Notes: generated by a model from the letters alone, not told the origin. Counted from the first letter of the stretch, positions 17,736 through 27,460 are shown. The stretch: 64,000 bases of DNA from Candidatus Doudnabacteria bacterium (GCA_041644975.1 JBAZQX010000007.1:1906-65905); one strand, 5' to 3'. Program-made: numbers and translations.

Positions 17736-18263
17736 ATGTTTATCCATCTTCTGGCTGGCAGTTTGGTATTTTTGTTTCTCGGAAAAGTTCTTGGGCTTGA
17801 GATTACCAGAACGTATCTGGTAGTCGGAGCTTTTTGGGGTATTGTTCCTGACCCAATCAGCTACATTCTGTCATGGGCGGTGAAATTTAACAAATGGGCT
17901 CATACGCACAGGGATAATTTTTCCCACTCGGTTTTTATGCCTATCATTGTGTTGGCACTTGCAATTCTTTTTGATTCCAAAATGGCAATCGTTGCGAGCA
18001 TAGCCATACTAATACATCCATTTCTTGATCTCTTCGGAATTGGATGGGGCGTCAAACTGTTCTATCCGCTTAGTAAAAAGACTTTCAAAATGTTTTACAA
18101 AAGGCGGATTCTAACAGTTTGGAATCAAAAAGAAGTCGATACCGAGGCGGAAAAATTCGGAGACAATGATTGGGTCAGGAACATATATTTTAGACCTAAT
18201 ATTGTCGGGGCGTCAGAATGGCTATCACTCGCAGGATTTTTGCTTTTGGTAGTAGCGAACTAA
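17736..18263 (+). CDS. Membrane-bound metal-dependent hydrolase-like protein (DUF457/YdjM-like)
   Basis: Multi-TM protein with HTHRDNFSHS and HPFLD His-rich motifs. Start chosen at the internal Met. Confidence 0.5.
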   Translation: MFIHLLAGSLVFLFLGKVLGLEITRTYLVVGAFWGIVPDPISYILSWAVKFNKWAHTHRDNFSHSVFMPIIVLALAILFDSKMAIVASIAILIHPFLDLFGIGWGVKLFYPLSKKTFKMFYKRRILTVWNQKEVDTEAEKFGDNDWVRNIYFRPNIVGASEWLSLAGFLLLVVAN

Positions 18264-18424
18264 ACTCAAGTCGTCAGTGGACTCAACGAGCACCACGGGC
18301 TTTTTTTGAAAAAATTAAAAAGGACCCAAATTTAAAATAAAAAAATTATAAAAAATTTCTTTCTGGCGGAGCCAGATACGCCTTGCTAGACGATATTGCG
18401 ACCTAAGAAGCAATTTCTCCTGTT

Positions 18425-18525
18425 GGTTCAATTCTCCCTGCCCACTCAAGCGCTTCGCCCGCCCGCAACGACTGCGTCTTGCGCTGTCGGGCGAGGCTTC
18501 AGGCGAGGCGGGCGGGTTGAATTGA
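18425..18525. repeat. Family B GC-rich repeat copy
   Basis: gcttcgcccgcccgcaacg...gcttcaggcgaggcgggcggg. Confidence 0.6.
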
Positions 18526-18583
18526 ACTAGATATTTCTGCAAAAAATTTTGGTTCAGGTTAGGAGACCTGAATCAACGAAAGG

Positions 18584-18931
18584 CTAAATCTTAATTTCTT
18601 CACCACAGCCTACCAATTTAGCCTCTCCATTTCTGACAAGAATTGCCTGTTCATCTGTAAGTATTTTAACCGGATACTTTGAAGTTGAAATTTTCCGCTT
18701 AAGAACTGGGGCATATTCTGGCTTAAAATGTACTGACAGCAGAAAGGGCACTAAGTTTAAAGCTCTCAAATCGGTTAATCCGAATGTATTTCTATCTGGA
18801 TGTTTCCAATACGCCATTTCTATGGTGGGGCAAGCGATACAACTTCCCGCGCTGGCGCCAATATAAATAACACCTTTTAAAATAAGCTCCTTCACAACCT
18901 TATCAAAGCCGCTCTCTCTAACGCATTTCAA
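18584..18931 (-). pseudogene. Peptidase E (S51 dipeptidase) C-terminal portion, separated from its N-terminal part by a palindromic element insertion
   Basis: In the upstream frame, DIIYVQGGNTFYLLK...VIYIGASAGSCIACPT matches PepE IVGGGNTFQLLK...GWSAGANLACPT. Confidence 0.6.
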
Positions 18932-18987
18932 TAAATAAAAAGTATTTCCGCCTTGGACATAAATAATATCCTTATCGCCAAGCAGCC

Positions 18988-19022
18988 TCCTTAAGGATGT
19001 CGTTCGCGAACGACATCCTTAA
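18988..19022. repeat. 35-bp perfect palindrome TCCTTAAGGATGTCGTTCGCGAACGACATCCTTAA (family E), copy 1, inside the peptidase E gene
   Basis: Exact palindrome; identical copy at 19195-19229. Confidence 0.85.
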
Positions 19023-19194
19023 TTCATCCTCGTTCTTGCCCTCAATATCAATTTCTTGCACATGGAATCCAACATCAGCCATTATTTGGCTGTCTTTTTT
19101 AACATAAGAAATGTCATCCTCGGCTTTTGAAGCAGTAGTAATATGGGCGAGTTTTATTTGATTAGCTGGTCTAGGGAGAAGTTTCAAAATTTCT

Positions 19195-19229
19195 TCCTTA
19201 AGGATGTCGTTCGCGAACGACATCCTTAA
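19195..19229. repeat. 35-bp perfect palindrome (family E), copy 2, read through in frame
   Basis: Identical to copy 1. Confidence 0.85.
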
Positions 19230-19381
19230 CATTTTCATACCAGCAGAGGTTAACAGTAGTGTTTTCATAATCTAATGCGAAACTATTTTTCAAAATATTA
19301 ATTGGCTTGCATTGAGGCTCCACAGGGCTATCGCCACTATGGAGCCAACAAATTTAGCTAAGTATGAAGCTGGTGCGCCGG

Positions 19382-20803
19382 CTAATACTTTGTATTTACA
19401 TAATATCCATGTCTACCTCCGCACCTATAGCCATTTTTATCTTTGTGTTCTCGAATACTACTATCGTGTTTAGTCTTGGTAAATTTTCTTCCACAATAAC
19501 TACATTGATAAATATATTTTGGCCCAAACGACGAAGCTCGCGAAATTCGACTAGACGATCTCATTATACCAGAATTTCTTCGGGAACGTGGGGCGGGTGT
19601 TGGTCTATTCGGGTCAAAAAGATAAGGATTCTCAGGTGTTTCTCCTGCTTTTGATAATTCTATCGGATATTGTGGTGCAAATTTTTCTTCTGTATTTTCT
19701 ATAGATTCAATTCTTTCCGCAATAAAACATCTAACGCCGGGCTTATTTTCTCCACCGCTTCGGTTATAAACATAAAAATATTCTCGCTCTACTCCGTCTT
19801 TGCGTTGAAGATATTTCAAGGAATATGGCTCAACTATTCTATCTGCCCCTTTGTAACGAATTTTTAAGAGCGTCTGTTTTCTGCCAGCTTCCATAATAGG
19901 CACTCTCAGTTCTGGACCAAAATATGCAAACTGCATAAATCCATTATCAGGATAAATTCCAAATAAACTTTCAATATCAGAAAGAAAAATAGTTATAGCT
20001 TCATCTACTCCAAATATAAACTCTTTAGCGCAAACAACTGTCTTATCCCAATATTTTTTAAAATAATCGAATGGTGTCTTGTGTAAAATATTTTTTAGTA
20101 CATGGGGATTTCTCCCGAAAATTGTCTTTTGTACAAAAGCTTTAACGACTTCCTCTTTGTTTAGCTCTCCACCTAAAAGCTTAACGGAATAGACATAATC
20201 AAATAAATCGGGCGGGTGTTGTCGCTGTAAAAGGCATTTGAGTTTTGTGGCGATAATTTCTTCAAGTTTCATACATCGTATTTCGCACGCTACTTCATTA
20301 GCGTCCGAATACGGATGAATTAACCTAACTGTTTGTAACGGTAATAGGACTTTATCAAAACGGGTGATGTCCATTGAAATTCTGATTTTTATATAATCAG
20401 ATCTTCCATAAAAGTCTTTGAAATAAATTCGAGCTTCATAAACACGCAAGTCAGGTATCGGGGCTTCAGAAGCTAAAAATTTTTCTTCAATTTTATTATC
20501 GTCTTTTACAAAAGACACACCCGCTTTTTCTTGAATAAAATCACAAACTTTGTTGATTTCATCAAGTAAAACATTTTTTTCTATATCATTGGGAATACCA
20601 AAGTCTAAGTCAGATGAGAAGCGAGTATTTTTGAAATACCCCTTACGTAACGCATTCCCGCCTTTCAAAAAAATGGTTTCCTTGAGGTTGCTTGTTGTAA
20701 AAATTCCAAAAATTAGCCAACCAAAAACATAATCACGCTCGACATTGGCTTCGTGGATTTCAAATTCTTTTGCTTTTGATTCAATTTCATCTTTTTGAAT
20801 CAT
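19382..20803 (-). CDS. AbiEii/AbiGii-type nucleotidyltransferase (DUF1814-like) fused to a WYL-like domain and a C-terminal Cys/His zinc-finger-like tail
   Basis: N-terminal FLKGGNALRKGY...SSDLDF nucleotidyltransferase motifs. LLKIRYKGADRIVEPYSLKY...EYFYVYNRSG...GVRCFIAERIES has a WYL-like pattern. The tail is YQCSYCGRKFTKTKHDSSIREH. The start overlaps the upstream gene's stop (ATGA). Confidence 0.7.
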   Translation of the reverse strand: MIQKDEIESKAKEFEIHEANVERDYVFGWLIFGIFTTSNLKETIFLKGGNALRKGYFKNTRFSSDLDFGIPNDIEKNVLLDEINKVCDFIQEKAGVSFVKDDNKIEEKFLASEAPIPDLRVYEARIYFKDFYGRSDYIKIRISMDITRFDKVLLPLQTVRLIHPYSDANEVACEIRCMKLEEIIATKLKCLLQRQHPPDLFDYVYSVKLLGGELNKEEVVKAFVQKTIFGRNPHVLKNILHKTPFDYFKKYWDKTVVCAKEFIFGVDEAITIFLSDIESLFGIYPDNGFMQFAYFGPELRVPIMEAGRKQTLLKIRYKGADRIVEPYSLKYLQRKDGVEREYFYVYNRSGGENKPGVRCFIAERIESIENTEEKFAPQYPIELSKAGETPENPYLFDPNRPTPAPRSRRNSGIMRSSSRISRASSFGPKYIYQCSYCGRKFTKTKHDSSIREHKDKNGYRCGGRHGYYVNTKY

Positions 20804-22200
20804 TGACTTTGCTGATTAGCTTCATTGGCTTTGGCTATGGCCTGTATGTAATATAAAAGACGTAAGTTATACAACTCGGCTGCTTTTTCATTGATTTCAC
20901 CCCAATTATCAAATAAATCACCGACTGGCCTTTGGTCTTTTCCTGGATTATCTTCAAATTTTTTCGAATAATCAATTCTAATCTTTAAGGCTGGATGAGA
21001 ATCATAAACGTTGTGTATTTGACTCCTTGAAAGAATATTATTTTGAAATTCTTCAATATCTTTTTTATTTAAACTCTTGAAAACGACCTCCATGAATTTC
21101 GAAAAATTTGAAATAGTTTTTTCTTCTTTCAATAATCCTGGTACATATTTTGACTGAATTATTTCACTAAATATTGTATCGTTCATAGCAATTTTTAATA
21201 ATCCATTTCCGAATGCTTTACCGCCATACATTTGCATCGCCATTATATCAGCCATAACTTCTCTAATTCTTGAAAAACCATTTGTTATTTTAAAATATAG
21301 CTTTACGTACAAAAGTAAAAGCCAATAGGCAGGATTAAGCATCATCATAAAGCGAACCAAGCCGCCCTTTTCTTTTTCATCTTGTGATGGACCGGGCATA
21401 GAATGCAAAGTATTTATTAAGGAATTGCCCATCAAATATGTATAAGAACTCCACGAGGTATCACGGTTACTAAAATGTCCATATTCATGGGCAAGTATCG
21501 CTCTAAATTCATCAACTGTTAAATCATATAAAGAAGATAAGCCGATTTCTAAAACCCTTTCACCACCACCGAAAATTGTTGAAAACAAATTACCCTGCAA
21601 ATAAACACCTATTCCAGGGTCAGGAGTAATGATTATTTTATCAATCGGCTTTGCCTTAATTTCTTTGGCAATTTCTTTTGTTAAATTCCAAAGCTCTTTC
21701 TGTTCATTTTCGATAATAGTAATCCCGGAGGTTTTTCGTTTGGGTGGAAAAAATAAATAATAAAAACCGATTAAAATAGCGATACCCGTTCCAATTGCTA
21801 CAACGGCAAGACCAATTAAAATCCCTATGGGTACACGCTCCAAATTAGAAATAAGCATCAAACCATAAAGCGCGAAATCAATTGCGGCAAAAAGTGCTAA
21901 AACTAAAAGATAAAAAAGAAAAGGAAGTAAAGTGATTAGCAAAAGACCAAAGGTTCGAAGTAGCCCTTTGTCGTCAAATAACTCTTTCTTTTTCCCGTCC
22001 AGAAAATTTTGTACAGAATTATTAAATTTTTTATCTAAAGAGCCACCGACCGCTCTGACAATAAGATAAATAATTAAGGCAACAACAATATAGAGTAAAA
22101 GGTCTTGATAATTAAAAGATATGGAGGTGAAATTAGAAAGTATCAAAAATCCAAATACAATGGTTAGAAATAGTGAAAATAATAAGGCGATGGTTTTCAT
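20800..22200 (-). CDS. Membrane-anchored M48 family zinc metalloprotease (HExxH)
   Basis: Four to five N-terminal TM helices and the AHEYGHF zinc-binding motif. Translationally coupled to the downstream nucleotidyltransferase gene. Confidence 0.8.
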   Translation of the reverse strand: MKTIALLFSLFLTIVFGFLILSNFTSISFNYQDLLLYIVVALIIYLIVRAVGGSLDKKFNNSVQNFLDGKKKELFDDKGLLRTFGLLLITLLPFLFYLLVLALFAAIDFALYGLMLISNLERVPIGILIGLAVVAIGTGIAILIGFYYLFFPPKRKTSGITIIENEQKELWNLTKEIAKEIKAKPIDKIIITPDPGIGVYLQGNLFSTIFGGGERVLEIGLSSLYDLTVDEFRAILAHEYGHFSNRDTSWSSYTYLMGNSLINTLHSMPGPSQDEKEKGGLVRFMMMLNPAYWLLLLYVKLYFKITNGFSRIREVMADIMAMQMYGGKAFGNGLLKIAMNDTIFSEIIQSKYVPGLLKEEKTISNFSKFMEVVFKSLNKKDIEEFQNNILSRSQIHNVYDSHPALKIRIDYSKKFEDNPGKDQRPVGDLFDNWGEINEKAAELYNLRLLYYIQAIAKANEANQQSQ

Positions 22201-22240
22201 AAATTATTTTCGGTTATGTAATTTTTATTACACATTAATA

Positions 22241-22654
22241 CTATTTGAATGGATCTGGCATCCCAGATTCATCTACAAAGAGTTTGTGAACTTGTTTTTG
22301 TAGCTTCCGATGAATGTCTGCCTTAATAGTGGGGTCATTATAACCCTTAACCACTACACTCATCTTTTCTGCAACCTCATCCATGTTTTTGCAAGGTAAA
22401 ATATAGCGTACAACAGCTTCTAGAAGAGAACCGTTAATACCAATTTGTTCAATACGCACACAGAAAAAATCAAGAAACTCACTCATATCGTGTTTGAAAA
22501 TATTTCCCGTAGGTATCATTCCTCCAAAAGTAAGTTTAAGAATAGCTATCTCGGTTTGCGTAAAGGAAACGAGGATGCGCTTGCCGTCATCCAATCGGAT
22601 TTGAGAAAATGTTCCGCTCGGTTTTCTATCTGAAAAATTGATTATCTTGCTCAT
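22241..22654 (-). CDS. Hypothetical protein (137 aa), first gene of the M48 / NTase-WYL operon
   Basis: ORF on the same strand, 40 nt upstream of the M48 gene. Confidence 0.5.
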   Translation of the reverse strand: MSKIINFSDRKPSGTFSQIRLDDGKRILVSFTQTEIAILKLTFGGMIPTGNIFKHDMSEFLDFFCVRIEQIGINGSLLEAVVRYILPCKNMDEVAEKMSVVVKGYNDPTIKADIHRKLQKQVHKLFVDESGMPDPFK

Positions 22655-22810
22655 AGTTTTATTTAATTAAATCATCAACCTTAACATCTAACGCTTTGGC
22701 GATTTTGTAAAATTCCTGCTGGTCCACCCCGTTAGAAAATTTATAAAATCTTCAACGGGTTTTTATAATATCAAAAAATAAAAATTATTCTTATGCCTTT
22801 ATTTGATTTT

Positions 22811-22882
22811 TCTAACGGGGTGGACCGAGTGGGAATTGAACCCACGACCTCCTCATTGCAAATGAGGCGTTCTACCACTGAA
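22811..22882 (-). tRNA. tRNA-Ala(TGC)
   Basis: GGGCCGG acceptor with the G3:U70 identity pair, anticodon loop TTTGCAA and T-arm GTGGGTTCAATTCCCAC. Confidence 0.85.
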
Positions 22883-22916
22883 CTACCGGCCCTTGGGATT
22901 TATTCTTGATAATTTT

Positions 22917-22985
22917 ATTAAAATCATTGTCTCGCTTTGCGAGATCCCGCGTAGCGGGACAAATGCGGCACTCTAGCCAACTGAG
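22917..22985 (-). pseudogene. tRNA-Ala-like 5' half (acceptor, D-arm, anticodon 5' stem and TTTG) fused to a family D hairpin element; no 3' half
   Basis: GGGCCGTTAGCTCAGTTGGCTAGAGTGCCGCATTTG, then tcccgctacgcgggatctcgcaaagcgaga, then CAATGA. Confidence 0.4.
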
Positions 22986-23039
22986 CTAACGGCCCAAATG
23001 TAAATTACAAATGTAGATACAAAAGAAAATAACAAATTT

Positions 23040-23089
23040 TGGTGAGGGGTTGCACGCCTGTGGCGCTCTACCAGCTAAGCTACGGGCCC
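23040..23089 (-). other. Atypical 50-nt tRNA-like sequence at the position expected for tRNA-Ile in a 16S-Ile-Ala arrangement (5' acceptor and D-arm, then a non-canonical remainder ending CCCTCACCA)
   Basis: GGGCCCGTAGCTTAGCTGGTAGAGCGCC, then ACAGGCGTGCAACCCCTCACCA. Acceptor halves do not pair. Confidence 0.3.
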
Positions 23090-23477
23090 GTTTATAAAAT
23101 TAAACACTCTGTCGCGCTCTCGCACGACCTCCTTGTGTCAAGCTTTCGCTTGACCTCCTTAATTCATTTCAAAATTCTTTGCTGTTATTATAACTAAAAA
23201 AGACCCTTTAAACAAGGTTCTTTTTTTATCCGCAAAGGAGCTTTCCTTTGGCAATTAAACAGTGATAGGAAACATCTTAGAATTTAAAACACATTTTGTT
23301 TTAAAACGCCGTGTTTTAAGTTAACCACTACCGTGTGGCTTTTTTAGCGTTTGTTTGATAACAGTATCCCTTGCGAGATACCGCGACAATATTTTTCTCC
23401 CTAGAAAGGAGGTGATCCATCGACAGCTTCCGCTACCGATGCCTTGTTACGACTTCGTCCTAATTACCGATCCTACC

Positions 23478-23945
23478 GTGGATCCACCAAAAGGCGGAAC
23501 TTCGGGTATTACCGGCTCTTCTGACGTGACGGGCGATTATCTTCTTATAAACGTAAGAATTGATGTTCCCACCCAGCGAGCGGATTTCCCGCACTAGGCG
23601 AGTTCTAATGCATTTTCTTCTTCATTAGAATGGCTCCTTTCCCCATACTCGGGGTATTATGAGCCAGCTGACTTCTGACGCTGCGTTAGTTTTATTATAT
23701 AACTCGATTGAGTTAAACCGCAACATCAGATCTCCCGGGGTCAGTTTAAAAACTTTTCCTAACATCCCAAAGAAGCTTTTATATAATTTTCCCTATGCTC
23801 ACCACCCTACCATAGGTCAATTAACTTCTTTAATTTTTGGGCTGCTATTTGTTTCCGGATCCTCTGCTAACATCCTCGCGGATGTTAACTATCCTTCAAC
23901 TACGCTCTAAACGAGATTAGAGGGACGGATTTTAACCGTCTGGTT
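23478..23945 (-). other. ~430-470-nt insertion in the 16S rRNA between the GTAC(A)C 1395 block and the CGCCCGTCA 1400 block
   Basis: The conserved blocks are ~490 nt apart here versus fewer than 100 in canonical 16S. No sense-strand ORF of 60 aa or more. Confidence 0.6.
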
Positions 23946-24443
23946 TTTAAACCTGCCCGGCGCAGATTTTGTGAGTACAAGACCTGGGAACGTATTCACC
24001 GCGACATGGCTGATTCGCGGTTACTAGCGATTCCGGCTTCATGAGGTCGAGTTGCAGACCTCAATCCGAACTGGGGGTGCTTTTGATGGGATTAGCTATA
24101 GCGTTACCGCGTCGCGTCCCATTGTTACACCCATTGTAGCACGTGTGTCGCCCAGGGCATCAAAGGCCATGCTGACTTGACGTCGTCCCCACCTTCCTCC
24201 GACTATCTGCCGGCAGTCTCGCGTGACATAGTAACACGCGACAGGGGTTGCGTTCATTCCCGGACTTAACCGAACATCTCACGACATGAACTGACGACAG
24301 CCATGCAGCACCTGATCCCAAGGTTCCCCCCATAAAAAATCCAATTTTTAATTTTAAATTTTTAATTGAATTCCTTATGGGGGCACATCTCAGTTTCCTA
24401 AGATCTCCTTGAGCGTCTTGCCCTGGTAAGGTTCCTCGCTTAC

Positions 24444-24477
<34 letters not shown>

Positions 24478-24489
24478 AGGTCCCCGTCT

Positions 24490-24521
<32 letters not shown>

Positions 24522-24954
24522 TCCCAGGCGGGGCACTTAACGCGTTAGCTTACGACACTGAAGGGGTCGAGCCTCCAATGCCTAGTGCCCATCGTTTACA
24601 GCGTGGACTACTGGGATATCTAACCCCATTCGCTCCCCACGCTTTCGTCCTATGAGCGTCAGAATCGTTCTAGTAAGCTGCCTTCGCTATTGGTGTTCCT
24701 GCCGATATTAACGCATATCACTACTACACCGGCAGTTCCGCTTACTTCTCCCGACCTCTAGTCTTGAAAGTATCCAACCCTTTCCCTTGGTTAAGCCAAG
24801 GTCTTTAAGGTTAGACTTTTCAGACCGCCTAGGGACGCTTTACGCCCAATAAATCCGGATAACGCTTGGACCACTCGAATTACCGCGACTGCTGGCACGA
24901 GTTTAGTCGGTCCTTATTCGTAGGGTACCTTCAAACGTGCCTCGCTACCGCTCG

Positions 24955-25200
24955 GCACTAAATATAAATTTACAATTTTTAATTTTAAATTTTAATTCAA
25001 ATCCAAATTTTAAAATTGATTAAAAATTTCCGCCTGAAGAGCGGATCGGCTCTTCGACTCTGAAGACTCATTAGAGTTCGTTCAGAGCCTGAACAACCTA
25101 AACGACCTAGGGCTGAAAAAATTTAGAATTAAAAATTTACAGAGTGCTGAACGTAAGTGAAGCACGTCTTATTCCCCTATAAAAGCAGTTTACACTGAAG
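24955..25200 (-). other. ~240-nt AT-rich insertion in the 16S rRNA between the 357 and 515 conserved blocks (V3 region)
   Basis: Spacing of ~400 nt versus ~160 nt in canonical 16S. Confidence 0.5.
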
Positions 25201-25743
25201 AACAGCTTCTTCCTGCACGCGGCGTCGCTCCTTCACCCTTTTGGGGCATTGAGGAAGATTCTCGACTGCAGCCTCCCGTAGGAGTCAGGGCAGTGTTTCA
25301 GTCCCCGTGTGCGAGGGCATCCTCTTAGACCTCGTAACCGTCATAGCCTTGGTGAGCCTTTACCCCACCAACTAGCTGATAGTCCGCAGGCCCTTCTTGA
25401 AGCGATAAATCATTTACCATAACTAATGAATAGCTATGGCACATCGGGAATTAGTCCGCCTTTCGGCGAATTATGCCCGTCTTCAAGGTAGGTTACCAAC
25501 GTGTTACTCACCCGTTTGCCACTGTCCGCCTAACTTTTCTTGCGAAAAGTTTGGCGGACCGTTGACTTGCATGCCTTATCCACGCCGCCAGCGTTCATCC
25601 TGAGCTAGGATCAAACTCTCAAAAAAGATAATCAGCAATTAGCTCATAAAAGCTAGATTACTAATTATATAAATAGACGTTCCTATCACTATTTAATTGT
25701 CAAAGTTCAAAAATATTTTTGCTCTTAAACTAGAGCATAATTT

Positions 25744-25772
25744 ATATTAGTCTATGGATAATGGTTTGTCAA
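25744..25772 (-). promoter_or_regulatory. Candidate sigma70-type promoter for the 16S rRNA (TTGACA-17-TAATAT)
   Basis: Minus strand reads ttgacaaaccattatccatagacTAATAT. It lies ~125 nt upstream of the 16S 5' end. Confidence 0.4.
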
Positions 25773-25880
25773 GTTTTGGAACAGGGCTCATTTTAGCCCA
25801 AAATCCAAGCCTTAAATTTAGTCTTAAAAACATTGACAAAAATATTAAAATGTGCTAAGATTGAAGTATCAAAATTTGAT

Positions 25881-25936
25881 GTCATTACGAGGGATCCCCC
25901 GCCTTTTATAAAAGGTAAGGGGCTCCTCGCAATGAC
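25881..25936. repeat. Short family A palindromic element (GTCATTACGAGGG...CCTCGCAATGAC)
   Basis: Inverted termini around ccttttataaaagg. Confidence 0.6.
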
Positions 25937-25984
25937 GGAATGTTCTTTGTTTGCAATTTTTAGAATAACAAGGAGGGATTAAGG

Positions 25985-26248
25985 ATGAATTTGCCGGATT
26001 ACCGCAAACTTCAGAAATCACAGTGGAAAACCGAGAAGCCGATGGTTTGGCCTATTGTGCTTCTTATAGTTTGCTTGATGATTTTTTTCGCGATTGGGGC
26101 AGGAGTCTGGGTCCATAGCGGCGCGAAAGACGCAGGGCTCGGAAAGGATATCCTCATTTCCGAAGCCATTGGCTTTGTCCTGTGGCTTATAATCTTCCGC
26201 ATCAAAAGAGGAGCGGAGAAAGCGGAATTTTACAAAAAATTCCGTTAA
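25985..26248 (+). CDS. Hypothetical small membrane protein
   Basis: ORF of 87 aa with two hydrophobic segments. Confidence 0.3.
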   Translation: MNLPDYRKLQKSQWKTEKPMVWPIVLLIVCLMIFFAIGAGVWVHSGAKDAGLGKDILISEAIGFVLWLIIFRIKRGAEKAEFYKKFR

Positions 26249-26305
26249 ATCTTTTCTCCTCAATCAGCCGTGTTCTCACAAACGGCTGTTTTTTTCTATT
26301 TAACC

Positions 26306-27295
26306 TTACACTCGTGGTGTTTGAATATCACGATTCTCTATACCCTTCCTCCTTGCTTTTTTGACAATTTTAACAATAATCCAAACAATAATACCGATAG
26401 GTAAGAAAAAGCCAACTAAAAAGACTAAAATCCAAATTAAACGATCAACAGTCTTTTGACCAACACCAATTAAGGTTTTAAAAGCTTGCTTTAAAGTTTC
26501 ATAGGGTTTCCATTTCTCCACGCCGCTTCCTACCCGCGTTTCTTCAGACAATTCCAAGGTCAGCGTGGACATATCCGTCATATTCACAAGATACTGCAAC
26601 TGGCCTTGCAGTCTTTCAATCTTTTCCCGCACTATAGAAAGCGCGGAAGCCACTTTTAAAATATCCTCCACTTCTGTCGCCTTTTTCATAATTTCCAAGT
26701 ACTGCTGTTCTTCGGCTTGGGCGTTTTTAAGCTGCGCCTGCAAATCCACATATTCTTCGGTTACATCTTGGCCCGAGACTTGCTCGCGACTGACCACTCT
26801 GGCTAAATCCTTAACTTCATCCAGAATAGTGTCAAATTTAGCCGCTGGCACTTTAATCACTACGGTGCCGCTTTTCATGCCTGTCTCGCTCTCATAAACG
26901 TAAGAGCTTTGGACAAAGCCTTGCGAGCGCGAGGCAATACTCGTTAAATCGGCTACGGCGCTGTCCACACTGCCCACTGTTATTTCAAGATTGCCTGTTT
27001 TAATAATTTTCTTCTCGGTAAGATTGGCTGCGTCACCGGCGCTGCCGCTTTCCGTAGGAGCAGCGCTTGGGGGCATTGCGTTTTCCGCCAACTCGGAATC
27101 GCTTGATCTTCCAGACTTAGAAAGCCCACTCGCGCTTGGTAGCGCGCTAACACTGGAGAAGCGCGTATCCGCGCTTTCCTCGTTTTGTGTTCCGCCCATA
27201 AGCAGAGAGAATGCAACGCCGCCAACAATCAGAATGATTAACAAACCGACAAAGCCCAAGCTAATACCTAGAATAATTTTTGCTTTTCGCGACAT
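26306..27295 (-). CDS. DUF4349-like membrane-anchored protein
   Basis: N-terminal TM segment, low-complexity linker, coiled-coil region and C-terminal TM segment. Confidence 0.55.
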   Translation of the reverse strand: MSRKAKIILGISLGFVGLLIILIVGGVAFSLLMGGTQNEESADTRFSSVSALPSASGLSKSGRSSDSELAENAMPPSAAPTESGSAGDAANLTEKKIIKTGNLEITVGSVDSAVADLTSIASRSQGFVQSSYVYESETGMKSGTVVIKVPAAKFDTILDEVKDLARVVSREQVSGQDVTEEYVDLQAQLKNAQAEEQQYLEIMKKATEVEDILKVASALSIVREKIERLQGQLQYLVNMTDMSTLTLELSEETRVGSGVEKWKPYETLKQAFKTLIGVGQKTVDRLIWILVFLVGFFLPIGIIVWIIVKIVKKARRKGIENRDIQTPRV

Positions 27296-27460
27296 AAATT
27301 TTGTTTTTGTTAATTTTATATTTGTTAATTTTATAAAAGAAAACGCCCCGCAGAAGATGTTCTCCTTTGCAGATTCACTACTTCTATTTTACTTCTTTCT
27401 TATTTTTTTACCAATCATCAAGAATGACCTCGCATAATATAATTCCAGGACGGCTGTTTT

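Larger units (their letters stand above)
18972..19268 (-). pseudogene. Peptidase E N-terminal portion containing two in-frame copies of a 35-bp palindrome (each encoding LRMSFANDILKE); the second copy ends the frame
   Basis: MKTLLLTSAG start like PepE. The duplicated peptide LRMSFANDILKE corresponds to the palindromes at 18988-19022 and 19195-19229. Confidence 0.6.

Noticed and set aside
23355-23910. ORFs 23355-23597 and 23659-23910 on the plus strand inside the 16S rRNA gene, considered as candidate intron-encoded homing endonucleases
   Set aside because: They are antisense to the rRNA, short (80-83 aa) and carry no LAGLIDADG, GIY-YIG, HNH or His-Cys box motifs. The sense strand of the insertion has no ORF of 60 aa or more.
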